NCBI GenBank assembly: GCA_030532025.1
Contig: JAUNLY010000001.1
Location: 1-62,071, forward strand
Direction of reading: 5' to 3'
DNA length: 62,071 nucleotides
DNA from: Eubacteriales bacterium
GTDB taxonomy: Bacteria; Bacillota; Clostridia; Christensenellales; Aristaeellaceae
Position 1 is the stretch's first letter. Each line of letters begins with the position of its first letter. The notes under the pieces were generated by a model. It was not told where the DNA came from, did no database searches, and saw nothing but the letters and a program-made list of their open reading frames with translations. Shown piece after piece: positions 35,942 to 45,008 of the stretch. Made by a program: the position numbers and the translations under genes.

Positions 35942-36658
35942 TTAAGCATCCATAATATCCGGCAGGGTTTTATCTAAATAATGTTCTACAAAATTTTTAA
36001 GCGCTTTAAGCGGGGGGAGGTCTATAGGCGGGCTTTTGTCAACGCCATCTTTTAAAACCTGTCTTAGCCATGCAGCCTGCACAGGGGATATAAAAGGAAG
36101 CTTCCTTTTATCAAGGCAGTTTATGCACACAAGGCCTCCGCTTGTATGGTCAAGCCATGTGCGCTCATCAGGGAGCAGTGTTTTCTGGCATATGCTACAG
36201 TGCATAAGGCGGGGTTTAAAGCCTTCTATGGAAGAAAAATGTAACAAAAATGCGCTCGTTACAAGATCCTGCGAAAGTGAAGAATAGCAAAGCCTGCTCA
36301 ATGTGCGCAGGCTTAATATAAAAAGCTTTGTGGCTTCCTGCTCGGGGCTTGCAGCATAAAGGCAGGAGGAGAGCACTATGGAAGCATGGCTCAAAAGATT
36401 TATATCTTTCCTTAAATTAAAGAAATTGTCTTTTAATGTGAAGGAATGGACAACAGCATTGCCCTTGCCCTTATACAGTACAAATTCTCCATAAGTTGCA
36501 GGCTCGGTAGCGGCTAAAAGGGGGCTTTTAAGCTTACGGCTACCTCTTGCGTTTGCGTCAACACGGCCTTTATCGGGCGTAAGCAATGTGATAATGCGGT
36601 CATTATCGCGGTAGTTGTTCCGCCTTAAAACAATGCCCTCAAACATTTCGTAGGGCAT
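35942..36658 (-). CDS. recO: DNA repair protein RecO
   Basis: 'GIVLRRNNYRDNDRIITLLTPDKGRVDANARGSRKLKS' OB-fold N-terminus and a 'CSIC...CINC' zinc finger. The start ATG at 36658 is 1 nt after the degV stop. Confidence 0.9.
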   Translation of the reverse strand: MPYEMFEGIVLRRNNYRDNDRIITLLTPDKGRVDANARGSRKLKSPLLAATEPATYGEFVLYKGKGNAVVHSFTLKDNFFNLRKDINLLSHASIVLSSCLYAASPEQEATKLFILSLRTLSRLCYSSLSQDLVTSAFLLHFSSIEGFKPRLMHCSICQKTLLPDERTWLDHTSGGLVCINCLDKRKLPFISPVQAAWLRQVLKDGVDKSPPIDLPPLKALKNFVEHYLDKTLPDIMDA

Positions 36659-36659
36659 A

Positions 36660-37538
36660 TTATCTTTTATCACCCAAGAAAAACACTGCAAGCGTCCCAG
36701 GGCCGCTGTGTGAGCCTATTATTGCGCTCAGCTGCGCTATAAGGTAATCCTTAATATCAGGCAACGTTTCTTGAAGGTAGGATTTTAGCAGCAGTGCATC
36801 TTCTTCGCAGTCTGCGTGGCTTATAAATATAGCTTGACCGCTTTTTGGATTTATGCTGCTTTCTACCTTCTGGGCAAGTGTTTTTATGGAGCGTTTTCTT
36901 CCCTGTACTTTTTCTAACAGTTGAAGGCGACCTTCCTCGTTTACGTGTAATACAGGCTTTATGCGAAGCATGCTCCCCAAGTATGCGGAGCTTTTGCTTA
37001 AGCGCCCGCCACGGTAAAGGCATTTTAAATCGTTCACCGTAAAATAATGTATTAGATGCGGTACCATGGTGTTTACAAGGTTTTCCGCTGTTTCTATATC
37101 TATGCCTTTTTTGCGCTCTTCAAGCAGGTGGTGTATAAGAAGCCCGTAGCCGAGCGTTGCGCTTTTTGAGTCGCACACGGCTATTTTGGCTTCCGGATAT
37201 TTCTTTTTGGTTTTTTCCATAGCCACCATGGCGTTGTTATATGAGCCGGATATACCGCTTGACAGAGGAATGCAGATAAGCCCTTCGCCTTTTTCGACTA
37301 TGCTTTTAAACACATCGCAATAAGCGTCTATGTTGAGTTGCGTTGTTGTATATACGGCGCCCCCTTTAAGGCTTTCGTAAAAGGCGGGCATGTTTACTTC
37401 GTCTCCGGTTTTATATATAAATTCCTGCTCGCTGCTCTGGTAGGGCATGGGCATTATAATAAGTTTTTCATGGGCTTCAACGTAGGAAGCGGGCAAATCG
37501 CAGGCTACATCTGCTACCACCCAAAAAGATTTAGACAT
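36660..37538 (-). CDS. DegV family fatty-acid-binding protein
   Basis: 292 aa. 'VVADVACDLP...', 'PLSSGISGSYNNA' and 'GPGTLAVFF' DegV pattern. Confidence 0.85.
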   Translation of the reverse strand: MSKSFWVVADVACDLPASYVEAHEKLIIMPMPYQSSEQEFIYKTGDEVNMPAFYESLKGGAVYTTTQLNIDAYCDVFKSIVEKGEGLICIPLSSGISGSYNNAMVAMEKTKKKYPEAKIAVCDSKSATLGYGLLIHHLLEERKKGIDIETAENLVNTMVPHLIHYFTVNDLKCLYRGGRLSKSSAYLGSMLRIKPVLHVNEEGRLQLLEKVQGRKRSIKTLAQKVESSINPKSGQAIFISHADCEEDALLLKSYLQETLPDIKDYLIAQLSAIIGSHSGPGTLAVFFLGDKR

Positions 37539-37595
37539 AAGAAATCTCCTTTCGCAGTATGGAAAATTATAGCAATCTTATTACGGACGGTCAAA

Positions 37596-40500
37596 TCAGT
37601 TAAAAAGCTCAAGTATATCTTTGTCGGACAGTTTCTCTGGCATTACTTCTCCGGGTGTAACCAGCTTATCAAAAAGCTGACGCTTGTGTTCACCCAGTGC
37701 CACAACTTTTTCTTCTATGGAGTTTTTTGTAACAAGGCGTAAAACCTGCACGGTTTTATCCTGCCCTACACGGTGGGCACGGTCTATTGCCTGTTCTTCC
37801 GTTGTAGGGTTCCACCAAGGGTCAAAGTGTATAACGGTGTCAGCCCCGGTTAAGTTAAGGCCTGTTCCGCCGGCACGCAGTGAAATTAAAAACAGCTGGC
37901 AGTCGCCTTTGTTAAAGCTTTCTGCCATATCAAGCCTTTCCATAGAAGGCGTGTTGCCATCAAGGTACATGCTTTTTATGCCTAAGAAGTCTAATTTGTT
38001 TTTTATTATCGCAAGCATTCTTGTAAACTGGCTGAAAAGCAACACCTTGTGCCCGTTTTCAAGCAGTGATGGCAGCAAATCCATAAGCAAATTGAGTTTG
38101 CCGGATTCCCCCTGAAAGCTTGGCAATACAAGGCTTGGGTGACAACAAATTTGCCTAAGCTCCGTCATTGCCGCAAGCACCTCGCCGCCGTTTTTCATCA
38201 GCACACGCCTATCGTATAGCTCCTGCATGGTTTCTTTTTTCTGCAGAAGAACCGCCTGATATATTTTCTGCTGGCGACTTTCCATGCCGGCAAAGCAAGT
38301 GCGCTCAATCTTAGGCGGAAGCTCGCTCATAACGTCTTTTTTAAGCCTCCTCATAAGGAAGGGGCGTATTCTCTTGCGCAGGTCCTGTGCGTCCTTCCCT
38401 TCGTCATAACGGCGCAAAAACTCGCGGTAATGGGGGAGATAGCCGGGCAACACAAAATCAAAAAGCGACCATAGCTCGCCTACGTTGTTTTCCATAGGAG
38501 TGCCGGAAAGAGCAACACGGCAGTCTGCATTTAAAAGCTTTACGCTTCTTGCGGTAAGGCTTGCAGGGTCTTTTATGTACTGCGCTTCGTCAAGTATGGC
38601 ATAGGCAAAGTCCATATGCTTTATTTTATCAGCATCTCTACGTATTATAGGGTAGCTGGTGATTATAATATCCGGCATTTCTTTTTCAAAGCCCGCTATT
38701 ATTTCGGCGCGCTTTATGCGGCTGCCGCTTAAAACTGCGGTAGTTAAATCCGGTGTAAATTTCTCCGCTTCTGATTGCCAGTTAAACAGCAGTGAAGTTG
38801 GGGCTACAACTATACAGGGCTTTTTTGGATCCGAATGTTTTTTTACAAAGCTTATTGCAGACAGCATCTGTGGCGTTTTGCCAAGGCCCATTTCATCTGC
38901 CAATATACCGCCCATATTGAGTTTCCAAAGGGAAACAAGCCATTCAAAGCCTCGCTTTTGGTAGGTGTAAAGGCCATCTACTGGGGATTTTATATCCTCC
39001 GTCCTTATGGCGGCACGTTTTATGGTTTCACTGTCCGATTGTACGGGTAGGTCTTTTTCTTTTATAAGCGTGTTTAAATAGGCGGCATGGTAGGCTTTTA
39101 CCTGTGTTTCGCCCTGAGAAAATCTGTTCGCGTCTGTGTAGGCTTCGGCAAATTCCTGCCATTTTTCGCTCCCCTCAAGCGACACCATGGTGCCGTCCTT
39201 GTAGCGGAAATAAAGCCGCCTTAGGCGTATGGCTTCAAGCAGTGGTATAAGCTCCTCAACAGGCGTGCCGTCATCAAGCATTTCAAGCTGTAATCCCTGC
39301 CTGCCGGTCTTTAAATATGCTGTGTATTTAGGTTTCCTTACACTTAGCTTTTTAAAATCCTTGCTGAAAAACACCTGCGACACATCAGTTAAAAGGTTAA
39401 CGCCCTCGGTCAAGAAATTCCATACATCGTCTGACTTATCTATAAATGCATGTCCTTTTCTAACCTTAAAGCCCGATTTAGCAAGCGCGTCCATTACGGA
39501 TTTTTCGCCCTCGGAGTCCCTTAGCAAAAGCGTTGGAGCACCGTCGTTTATTATAAAGGGATCTATATTTATATCACCGTATTGGAAACTCACCGTTGCG
39601 GTAATAGCTGTACCATCTTTATCCAAAAATATTTTGGAACGGAATGGGAGTCTTATTACGCTTTTATTAAGGCGATCGTCAAAGTGTATTGGTGCACTGC
39701 GCATAAGGGAGGGCAAAAGTTCTCCCATAACGCGTGGTATTTTGTCTTTTGTGAAATTAAAAATAGCCTTCCTGCCACTTCGGTTTTGATAAAGCGTAAG
39801 GAAAAGCTTTCTGTCCTGAGCCTGAATCTTGCGTACCTTGCCGTCAAAAAATACATATGTGCCGTCTTCGGTTAAAGTTTGTACGTCCTTAGGCAAAACG
39901 CCGGTTATGCTTATAGACTGCTCATTTCCGGATACATTAAATATGGCGGGGAGTGAAGAAAGCTCTATACCGTGCTGCATATTTTCTTTACTGGAGCACA
40001 AAAACGATAAATTTTCAAGCCGAGCGAAGACGAGCGGGGCAAGCTCGCCCTTTAAGCTTAAACGGCGTGTTTCGTCCGCCGTTAGCGGTTTATCAACATT
40101 TCTCATGGTATCCAAGTACAATGCTATAACCTGTAAAAGCTCTTTATGTTCTTTGGAATAATCGTTAATTTTAGGGTCGTATGAAAAACTTTTTCCAAAG
40201 TACATGGGCTTTGAGTGAAGTACATGGTTTACAAATTCTTCCATGTTGCGCACCACATAAAGGCGGTCTATACCTGTCCTAAAGGAGATTGCAGGAGGCG
40301 CGTTGCTGTAACGGTCTATGGTTATTTCTAAAACTATGTCTTCTGCTGCTGGGAGTGGGAGCGCTACAGAGTCAAAAAGGGTATCTGAAGCTAAGTTCCT
40401 GTTTGCTAATATAAGCCCCTTTAAAACGCCGTCCTTGCTTGACTGCAAAAGTGCGGCAACGGTGTAGCGATTGAAGTTGTTGTCACCGTCGGTTATTATT

Positions 40501-40667
40501 TTGCCGTTTGCCATTATCTTTACAAAGTGGCTAACTTTAGCATCTATTATATATTCGCTGAACAAACTAAAGGCACGCAGCTGCCTTGCTCTTTTTGCAT
40601 TATACAGTTTTAAGCCGTAACTCCATTCTTCGTCGCCGGCTCTTTGTTTAATGTCCTCTAAAGTCAA
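37596..40667 (-). CDS. SNF2-family DEAD/H helicase with a long N-terminal SNF2-associated region
   Basis: Motifs 'ILADEMGLGKT', 'ILDEAQYIKD', 'LSGTPMENN', 'VLLFSQFTRML' and 'GGTGLNLTGADTVIHFDPWWNP..E.QA.DRAHRVGQ'. 1023 aa. Confidence 0.9.
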   Translation of the reverse strand: MTLEDIKQRAGDEEWSYGLKLYNAKRARQLRAFSLFSEYIIDAKVSHFVKIMANGKIITDGDNNFNRYTVAALLQSSKDGVLKGLILANRNLASDTLFDSVALPLPAAEDIVLEITIDRYSNAPPAISFRTGIDRLYVVRNMEEFVNHVLHSKPMYFGKSFSYDPKINDYSKEHKELLQVIALYLDTMRNVDKPLTADETRRLSLKGELAPLVFARLENLSFLCSSKENMQHGIELSSLPAIFNVSGNEQSISITGVLPKDVQTLTEDGTYVFFDGKVRKIQAQDRKLFLTLYQNRSGRKAIFNFTKDKIPRVMGELLPSLMRSAPIHFDDRLNKSVIRLPFRSKIFLDKDGTAITATVSFQYGDINIDPFIINDGAPTLLLRDSEGEKSVMDALAKSGFKVRKGHAFIDKSDDVWNFLTEGVNLLTDVSQVFFSKDFKKLSVRKPKYTAYLKTGRQGLQLEMLDDGTPVEELIPLLEAIRLRRLYFRYKDGTMVSLEGSEKWQEFAEAYTDANRFSQGETQVKAYHAAYLNTLIKEKDLPVQSDSETIKRAAIRTEDIKSPVDGLYTYQKRGFEWLVSLWKLNMGGILADEMGLGKTPQMLSAISFVKKHSDPKKPCIVVAPTSLLFNWQSEAEKFTPDLTTAVLSGSRIKRAEIIAGFEKEMPDIIITSYPIIRRDADKIKHMDFAYAILDEAQYIKDPASLTARSVKLLNADCRVALSGTPMENNVGELWSLFDFVLPGYLPHYREFLRRYDEGKDAQDLRKRIRPFLMRRLKKDVMSELPPKIERTCFAGMESRQQKIYQAVLLQKKETMQELYDRRVLMKNGGEVLAAMTELRQICCHPSLVLPSFQGESGKLNLLMDLLPSLLENGHKVLLFSQFTRMLAIIKNKLDFLGIKSMYLDGNTPSMERLDMAESFNKGDCQLFLISLRAGGTGLNLTGADTVIHFDPWWNPTTEEQAIDRAHRVGQDKTVQVLRLVTKNSIEEKVVALGEHKRQLFDKLVTPGEVMPEKLSDKDILELFN

Positions 40668-40688
40668 AAAAACCTCCGTAACAAAGGG

Positions 40689-41498
40689 TTACATAAACAT
40701 CAAAAGCGAAACTGCCATTAGCACCATGCCAATTACAACCCCTGTCAAGGAAATATGGTGTGCACCGTATGTTTGGGCAGAGGGTAAAAGCTCGTCAAAG
40801 GATATGAATATCATTATGCCTGATATTGCGGCATACAACATGCCATAAAGTTTATCCGACATATAAGGCCCCATTACAAGCCAAACAACAAGCGCCCCAA
40901 GGGGTTCTGCAAGACCCGAAAGAAGAGAATATAAAAAAGCTTTTTTCTTGTTACCCGTACCATAATATATGGGGGCAGCCGCCGCCATGCCTTCAGGTAT
41001 GTTGTGTATTGCAATTGCAACAAGTATTGCAATGCCTACGCTGCTGTCCCGCATGGCGGATACAAAGCTTGCCATGCCTTCGGGAAAATTATGCACGGCT
41101 ATTGCAAGGGCGGTAAGAATGCCTGTTTTTTCAAGCGATTTGCTTTGCTTGTCGCAGTGTTCGCAAACCACGTCCCAGTTTTCGGCTTCGTGCGGGTTGT
41201 CTTCTGACGGCACCAGCTTGTCTATAAGTGCTATAAAAAGCATGCCTGCAAAAAAGGATATAAGCTGTATAAGCAAGCCGTTTTTTTCTCCGTAGGAAGC
41301 CATAAGCAGCTTGGCGGATTCCGGCATCATCTCTATAAAAGAGATGTACACCATAACGCCCACGGAAAGCCCCAATGCAAAGCTTAAAAAGCGTGTGTTG
41401 CTCCTCTTTGCAAATATCCCTATGGCGCCGCCTATTCCCGTTGAAAGGCCGGCCAAGGTAGTCATAATAAGGGCCTGAAGAACCCTTGTGCCTATCAT
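40689..41498 (-). CDS. zupT: ZIP-family metal (zinc) transporter ZupT, copy 2
   Basis: 'LAGLSTGIGG', 'HNFPEGMA', 'HNIPEGMA' and 'ISFDELLP'. The ATG at 41498 makes an ATGA overlap with the stop of copy 1. Confidence 0.85.
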   Translation of the reverse strand: MIGTRVLQALIMTTLAGLSTGIGGAIGIFAKRSNTRFLSFALGLSVGVMVYISFIEMMPESAKLLMASYGEKNGLLIQLISFFAGMLFIALIDKLVPSEDNPHEAENWDVVCEHCDKQSKSLEKTGILTALAIAVHNFPEGMASFVSAMRDSSVGIAILVAIAIHNIPEGMAAAAPIYYGTGNKKKAFLYSLLSGLAEPLGALVVWLVMGPYMSDKLYGMLYAAISGIMIFISFDELLPSAQTYGAHHISLTGVVIGMVLMAVSLLMFM

Positions 41499-42292
41499 AC
41501 AAACAACCAAAGGCTAAGCGCCATAAACAGCATACCGCCTAAAAGGCCGTATATGGCAATATGGTGCTCGCCAAATTTTTCGGCGCCGGGCAGAAGTTCA
41601 TCAAAGGATATAAATACCATAATACCTGCGACCATGGCGTTTATAATGCCAAATAAGCCGTCTGACAAATAGGGGTGCAGGAAAAGGTATGCTATTATGG
41701 CACCCAAAGGCTCGCTTAAGCCCGCTAAAAAGCTTGCGCCTATTGTTTTTGTGCGGCTGCCCGTTGCACAGTACACGGGAACGGCAATTGTAATACCCTC
41801 CGGTATATTGTGAAGCGCTATCGCTACAACCGTGGGTAGTGCTACCTGAACAGATTGCGATGCGCTTACAAACGTAGCCACACCTTCTGGGAAGTTATGT
41901 ATGGCGATTGCTATTGCAGACAACAAAAAAGTGCGATGCAAGGAATCGGGGTCAAGTTCCTTGCTCGTGTCGCAAGACAATCCCATTTCGTGTGGGTTTT
42001 GTTTGGTGGGTATAAGCTTATCTATTATAGCTATAAGCAACATGCCTGCAAAAAAAGCAAGCACCGTGTATAAAGAGCCTTTTTTATCCCCAAAGGCTAA
42101 ATTTAAAAAGTTATTTGCTTCGGGGAAGAGTTCTATCATTGATACGTATATCATAACGCCTGCAGAAAAACCCATGCACAGCGACAGAAAACGTGCGCTA
42201 CGCTTGGATTGAAGAAGCGTTATTATGCCACCTACACCTGTTGAAAGGCCGGCAAGCATTGTAAGTAAAAAAGGGAGCCAGAAATCCTGCAT
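41495..42292 (-). CDS. zupT: ZIP-family metal (zinc) transporter ZupT, copy 1
   Basis: 'LAGLSTGVGG', 'HNFPEGVA', 'HNIPEGIT' and 'ISFDELLP'. TAATG overlap with pdxK. Confidence 0.85.
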   Translation of the reverse strand: MQDFWLPFLLTMLAGLSTGVGGIITLLQSKRSARFLSLCMGFSAGVMIYVSMIELFPEANNFLNLAFGDKKGSLYTVLAFFAGMLLIAIIDKLIPTKQNPHEMGLSCDTSKELDPDSLHRTFLLSAIAIAIHNFPEGVATFVSASQSVQVALPTVVAIALHNIPEGITIAVPVYCATGSRTKTIGASFLAGLSEPLGAIIAYLFLHPYLSDGLFGIINAMVAGIMVFISFDELLPGAEKFGEHHIAIYGLLGGMLFMALSLWLFV

Positions 42293-43125
42293 TAATTTTT
42301 CTCCTCTGAAAGTATTTTTTGAAAGTTTGTAATTAGGTAATTAAGCTCCTGCTCAAACGGAACGCCAAAGCGTATATCCCCTTGCTGACGTTTGATACAG
42401 CGGTATACAAAATGCGCCGCCAATAAAAGGGCTTGTTTTAAATTTATGCCGTTTATAACAGAAGCGATAAACACCGAAGCAAACAGATCTCCCGTGCCGG
42501 GGAAACTGCCTGCAATATATGGGTGGAAGACTGTTTCGGAGCTGTCAAAGGTTTTAAGGTAAGCGCCTATTTTGTCCTCCGTAGGTTTTATACCCGTGAG
42601 CACAACATTACAATCAAATTTATCTCTAAGAGCTTTAAGGATTTCTGTGTTAGAGGGTAGCTCATCAAAAGGAATATTAAGCAAAAGGGCGGCTTCCGTC
42701 CTGTTTGGGAAAATCCAATCGGCATGGAAACACAGTTCAACCAAAGCCTCGCACTGTTCCTCACTTATGGATTTATAGCGCTTGCCACCGTCCCCCATGA
42801 CGGGGTCTATATATATTTTAGCGCCTTTATTTTTATAGCGGTCTATAAGCTTTTTTACAAGGGGAAGCTGCTCGCTTTGCGCAAGGTAGCCTATGTATAC
42901 GGCATCTACGCTTTTTAAAATAGGCTCCCAATGGGAGAGTATCTCAGCCATTTCTGTGGTAAGATTTTTTTTAAAAGGCTTATCAAAGCCCGTATGGCTG
43001 CTTAAAAGCGCGGTAGGCAACGGGTATGTTTCAATACCGAGGCAAGCTAAAACCGGCAGGGCCACCGTAAGCGAACAACGGCCCACACAAGATAGGTCTT
43101 GTACTGTTATAAGAGTTTTGCTCAT
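42292..43125 (-). CDS. pdxK: Pyridoxal/pyridoxamine kinase (ribokinase superfamily)
   Basis: 'QDLSCVGRCSLTVALPVL..LG', 'DPVMGD' and 'GTGDLFASVF' are typical PdxK/PdxY motifs. 277 aa. Confidence 0.8.
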   Translation of the reverse strand: MSKTLITVQDLSCVGRCSLTVALPVLACLGIETYPLPTALLSSHTGFDKPFKKNLTTEMAEILSHWEPILKSVDAVYIGYLAQSEQLPLVKKLIDRYKNKGAKIYIDPVMGDGGKRYKSISEEQCEALVELCFHADWIFPNRTEAALLLNIPFDELPSNTEILKALRDKFDCNVVLTGIKPTEDKIGAYLKTFDSSETVFHPYIAGSFPGTGDLFASVFIASVINGINLKQALLLAAHFVYRCIKRQQGDIRFGVPFEQELNYLITNFQKILSEEKN

Positions 43126-44009
43126 TAAATGGGGCGTTCCCTTCCCATAAAGCAGGTGGCAAGCGTGCCAGGGCCGCAGTGTGCACCTATAACAGGGCCT
43201 ATCATACGAAGCTCTATGTGGCCTTTGGCTTCGGGTATAGCGGCTTCAAGCATTTTTTGAAGCTCAATTGCATGCTCTTCAACGTCTGCATGCATTATTA
43301 TTATGGTTTGATTAGCGGGGTTTTCTATGTTAGCCACAGTTCTTTCGACTATTGTTTTAAGCGCTTTTTTATGCCCCTGTACCTTGCTCTCAGGTACTAT
43401 TTTGCCGCATTTGCCAAGCGTTAATATGGGCTTTATGTTGAGCATAGAGCCAAAAAATGCGTCGGTTGATGTAATTCTGCCACCGCGCTTTAAATAGATT
43501 AAATTATCCACGGTAAACCATGCATGGACTTTAAAGCGGTTATCCATTATCCACTTTTCTATTTCTTCCATGGAGGCGCCGTTTAAATACATATCGTGCG
43601 CCTGCAACAAAAGCAATGTCATGGGTAGGCTTATGGACATGGTGTCAAGCACCATAAATTTACGCTCCGGATATTTTTTTAGAAGCTCTTCTCTTGCTTC
43701 GTATACATTTTGGATTGTGTTTGACATCTGCGAAGAAAAGGCCACAAACAGCAGGTCTTTTTCTTTTAATATAGGCTCGAAATATTCGAGATAAACGGCT
43801 GTCGGGAGTAGCGACGTTATGGGTACGCTTCCCTCACGCATACGCTTAAAAAGCGTTTTTTCTTGGCCGCTCTCGCCGTTATCGTCAAGATGTTCTACAC
43901 CGTCAAGCGTATAGGGCATCTTTACTACGGGTATATTGCGTTCTTTAGCTATATTAAAAGGTAAGTCACTATCACTATCTGTCATAAATACATAATCCGG
44001 TGTCATCAT
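43125..44009 (-). CDS. DegV family fatty-acid-binding protein
   Basis: 294 aa with the DegV pattern ('FMTDSDSDLP', 'FSSQMSNTIQN', 'GPGTLATCF'). First gene of the minus-strand operon. Confidence 0.85.
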   Translation of the reverse strand: MMTPDYVFMTDSDSDLPFNIAKERNIPVVKMPYTLDGVEHLDDNGESGQEKTLFKRMREGSVPITSLLPTAVYLEYFEPILKEKDLLFVAFSSQMSNTIQNVYEAREELLKKYPERKFMVLDTMSISLPMTLLLLQAHDMYLNGASMEEIEKWIMDNRFKVHAWFTVDNLIYLKRGGRITSTDAFFGSMLNIKPILTLGKCGKIVPESKVQGHKKALKTIVERTVANIENPANQTIIIMHADVEEHAIELQKMLEAAIPEAKGHIELRMIGPVIGAHCGPGTLATCFMGRERPI

Positions 44010-44158
44010 AGTACTCCTTTTCTAAGGCAAAGCCTTTAAATTATCCAGATTATATCATTACATAAAGGCTTCTGCAAGCAAAGTGCTTGTGTAGCAAGGG
44101 CGAAAGGCACTAAAATTTACAAATCGGGAAAAATCACACCAAAAAGTTTGGGTTTTAC

Positions 44159-44188
44159 TTGACGAAAGCATGATGAATAGCTTATCAT
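44159..44188 (+). promoter_or_regulatory. Sigma-A promoter of the hydrogenase-associated regulatory module
   Basis: TTGACG(44159-64), an 18-nt spacer, TATCAT(44183-88). GGAGG at 44197, ATG at 44209. Confidence 0.5.
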
Positions 44189-44208
44189 AACGGACACGGA
44201 GGTATACT

Positions 44209-44580
44209 ATGACAATATCAGATATCGTTTCCATATTGGAAGCGCGTATTCTCTGTGGAGAAGATAAGCTTTCCACCGAAGTATACAGCGCATGTTGCTC
44301 AGACCTTATGAGCGATGTGCTTGCTTTTGTGAATGAAAAAACAGTCCTTTTAACGGGGCTTACAAATATGCACGTTTTAAGAACCGCAGAAATTTTAGAC
44401 CTTAAATGCCTTATATTCGCAAGGGGGAAAATCCCAAACGACGACATTATCGCAAGGGCCGACCAGATGAACCTTGTTGTACTTACAGCCAATAAAACCA
44501 TGTTCACATGTGCAGGGCTTTTGTATGATGGTGGTTTAAGGGGTGCTGCCATGGCATGGAAAGAGGAGGACAAGCTGTGA
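44209..44580 (+). CDS. DRTGG domain protein (1)
   Basis: 123 aa. 'SDLMSDVLAFVNEKTVLLTGLTN...LRTAEILD...IFARGK' matches the DRTGG-domain pattern. Confidence 0.7.
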   Translation: MTISDIVSILEARILCGEDKLSTEVYSACCSDLMSDVLAFVNEKTVLLTGLTNMHVLRTAEILDLKCLIFARGKIPNDDIIARADQMNLVVLTANKTMFTCAGLLYDGGLRGAAMAWKEEDKL

Positions 44581-45008
44581 TTCAAGCAAAATACAGCGTC
44601 CAAAAGGGCGACTACCTAAGGGCCGGCGAAGCGAGTGCGGATATTAAGCGTGTTTTAAAACGGCTTGGCATAGAAGGAACGGTGCTTAGGCGCATTTCCG
44701 TCGCCGCATACGAGGTTGAAATGAACCTTGTAATACATTCCATGGGCGGCAATATGGAGATGTTTATAAAGGACGACACCATTTGGATTGTCTCCAAGGA
44801 CGAAGGCCCCGGTATAAAAGACATAGAAAAGGCCATGACGGCAGGCTACTCCACGGCAGACTCCGTAGCGCAGGGCATGGGCTTTGGTGCAGGCATGGGG
44901 CTTCCCAACATGAAAAGAAATGCAGATAAATTTACCATAGATTCAACACCGGGCCTTGGAACCGAAATAACAATGGGTTTTTCAATAAAGGGGAACTGCG
45001 ATGGATAA
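44577..45008 (+). CDS. Small GHKL ATPase / anti-sigma-factor-like serine protein kinase
   Basis: GTG start in a GTGA overlap with the upstream stop. N-box 'EVEMNLVIHS', G1 'DEGPGI', G2 'GFGAGMGLPNM'. This is the RsbW/SpoIIAB size class. Confidence 0.7.
   Translation: MIQAKYSVQKGDYLRAGEASADIKRVLKRLGIEGTVLRRISVAAYEVEMNLVIHSMGGNMEMFIKDDTIWIVSKDEGPGIKDIEKAMTAGYSTADSVAQGMGFGAGMGLPNMKRNADKFTIDSTPGLGTEITMGFSIKGNCDG

Noticed and set aside
37596-40667. The SNF2 helicase as part of a phage-defence island (DISARM/BREX/Zorya-like).
   Set aside because: There is no adjacent methyltransferase, PLD, nuclease, DUF1998 or other defence partner. The gene sits in a housekeeping operon (zupT, pdxK, degV, recO), and there are no mobility genes or compositional break that I can see.
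44058-44603. A 181-aa ORF on the minus strand that spans the hydrogenase-module promoter and the first DRTGG gene.
   Set aside because: It overlaps a well-supported plus-strand gene and its promoter and RBS. Its composition is Ser/Phe-rich, and it has no RBS. I judge it spurious.
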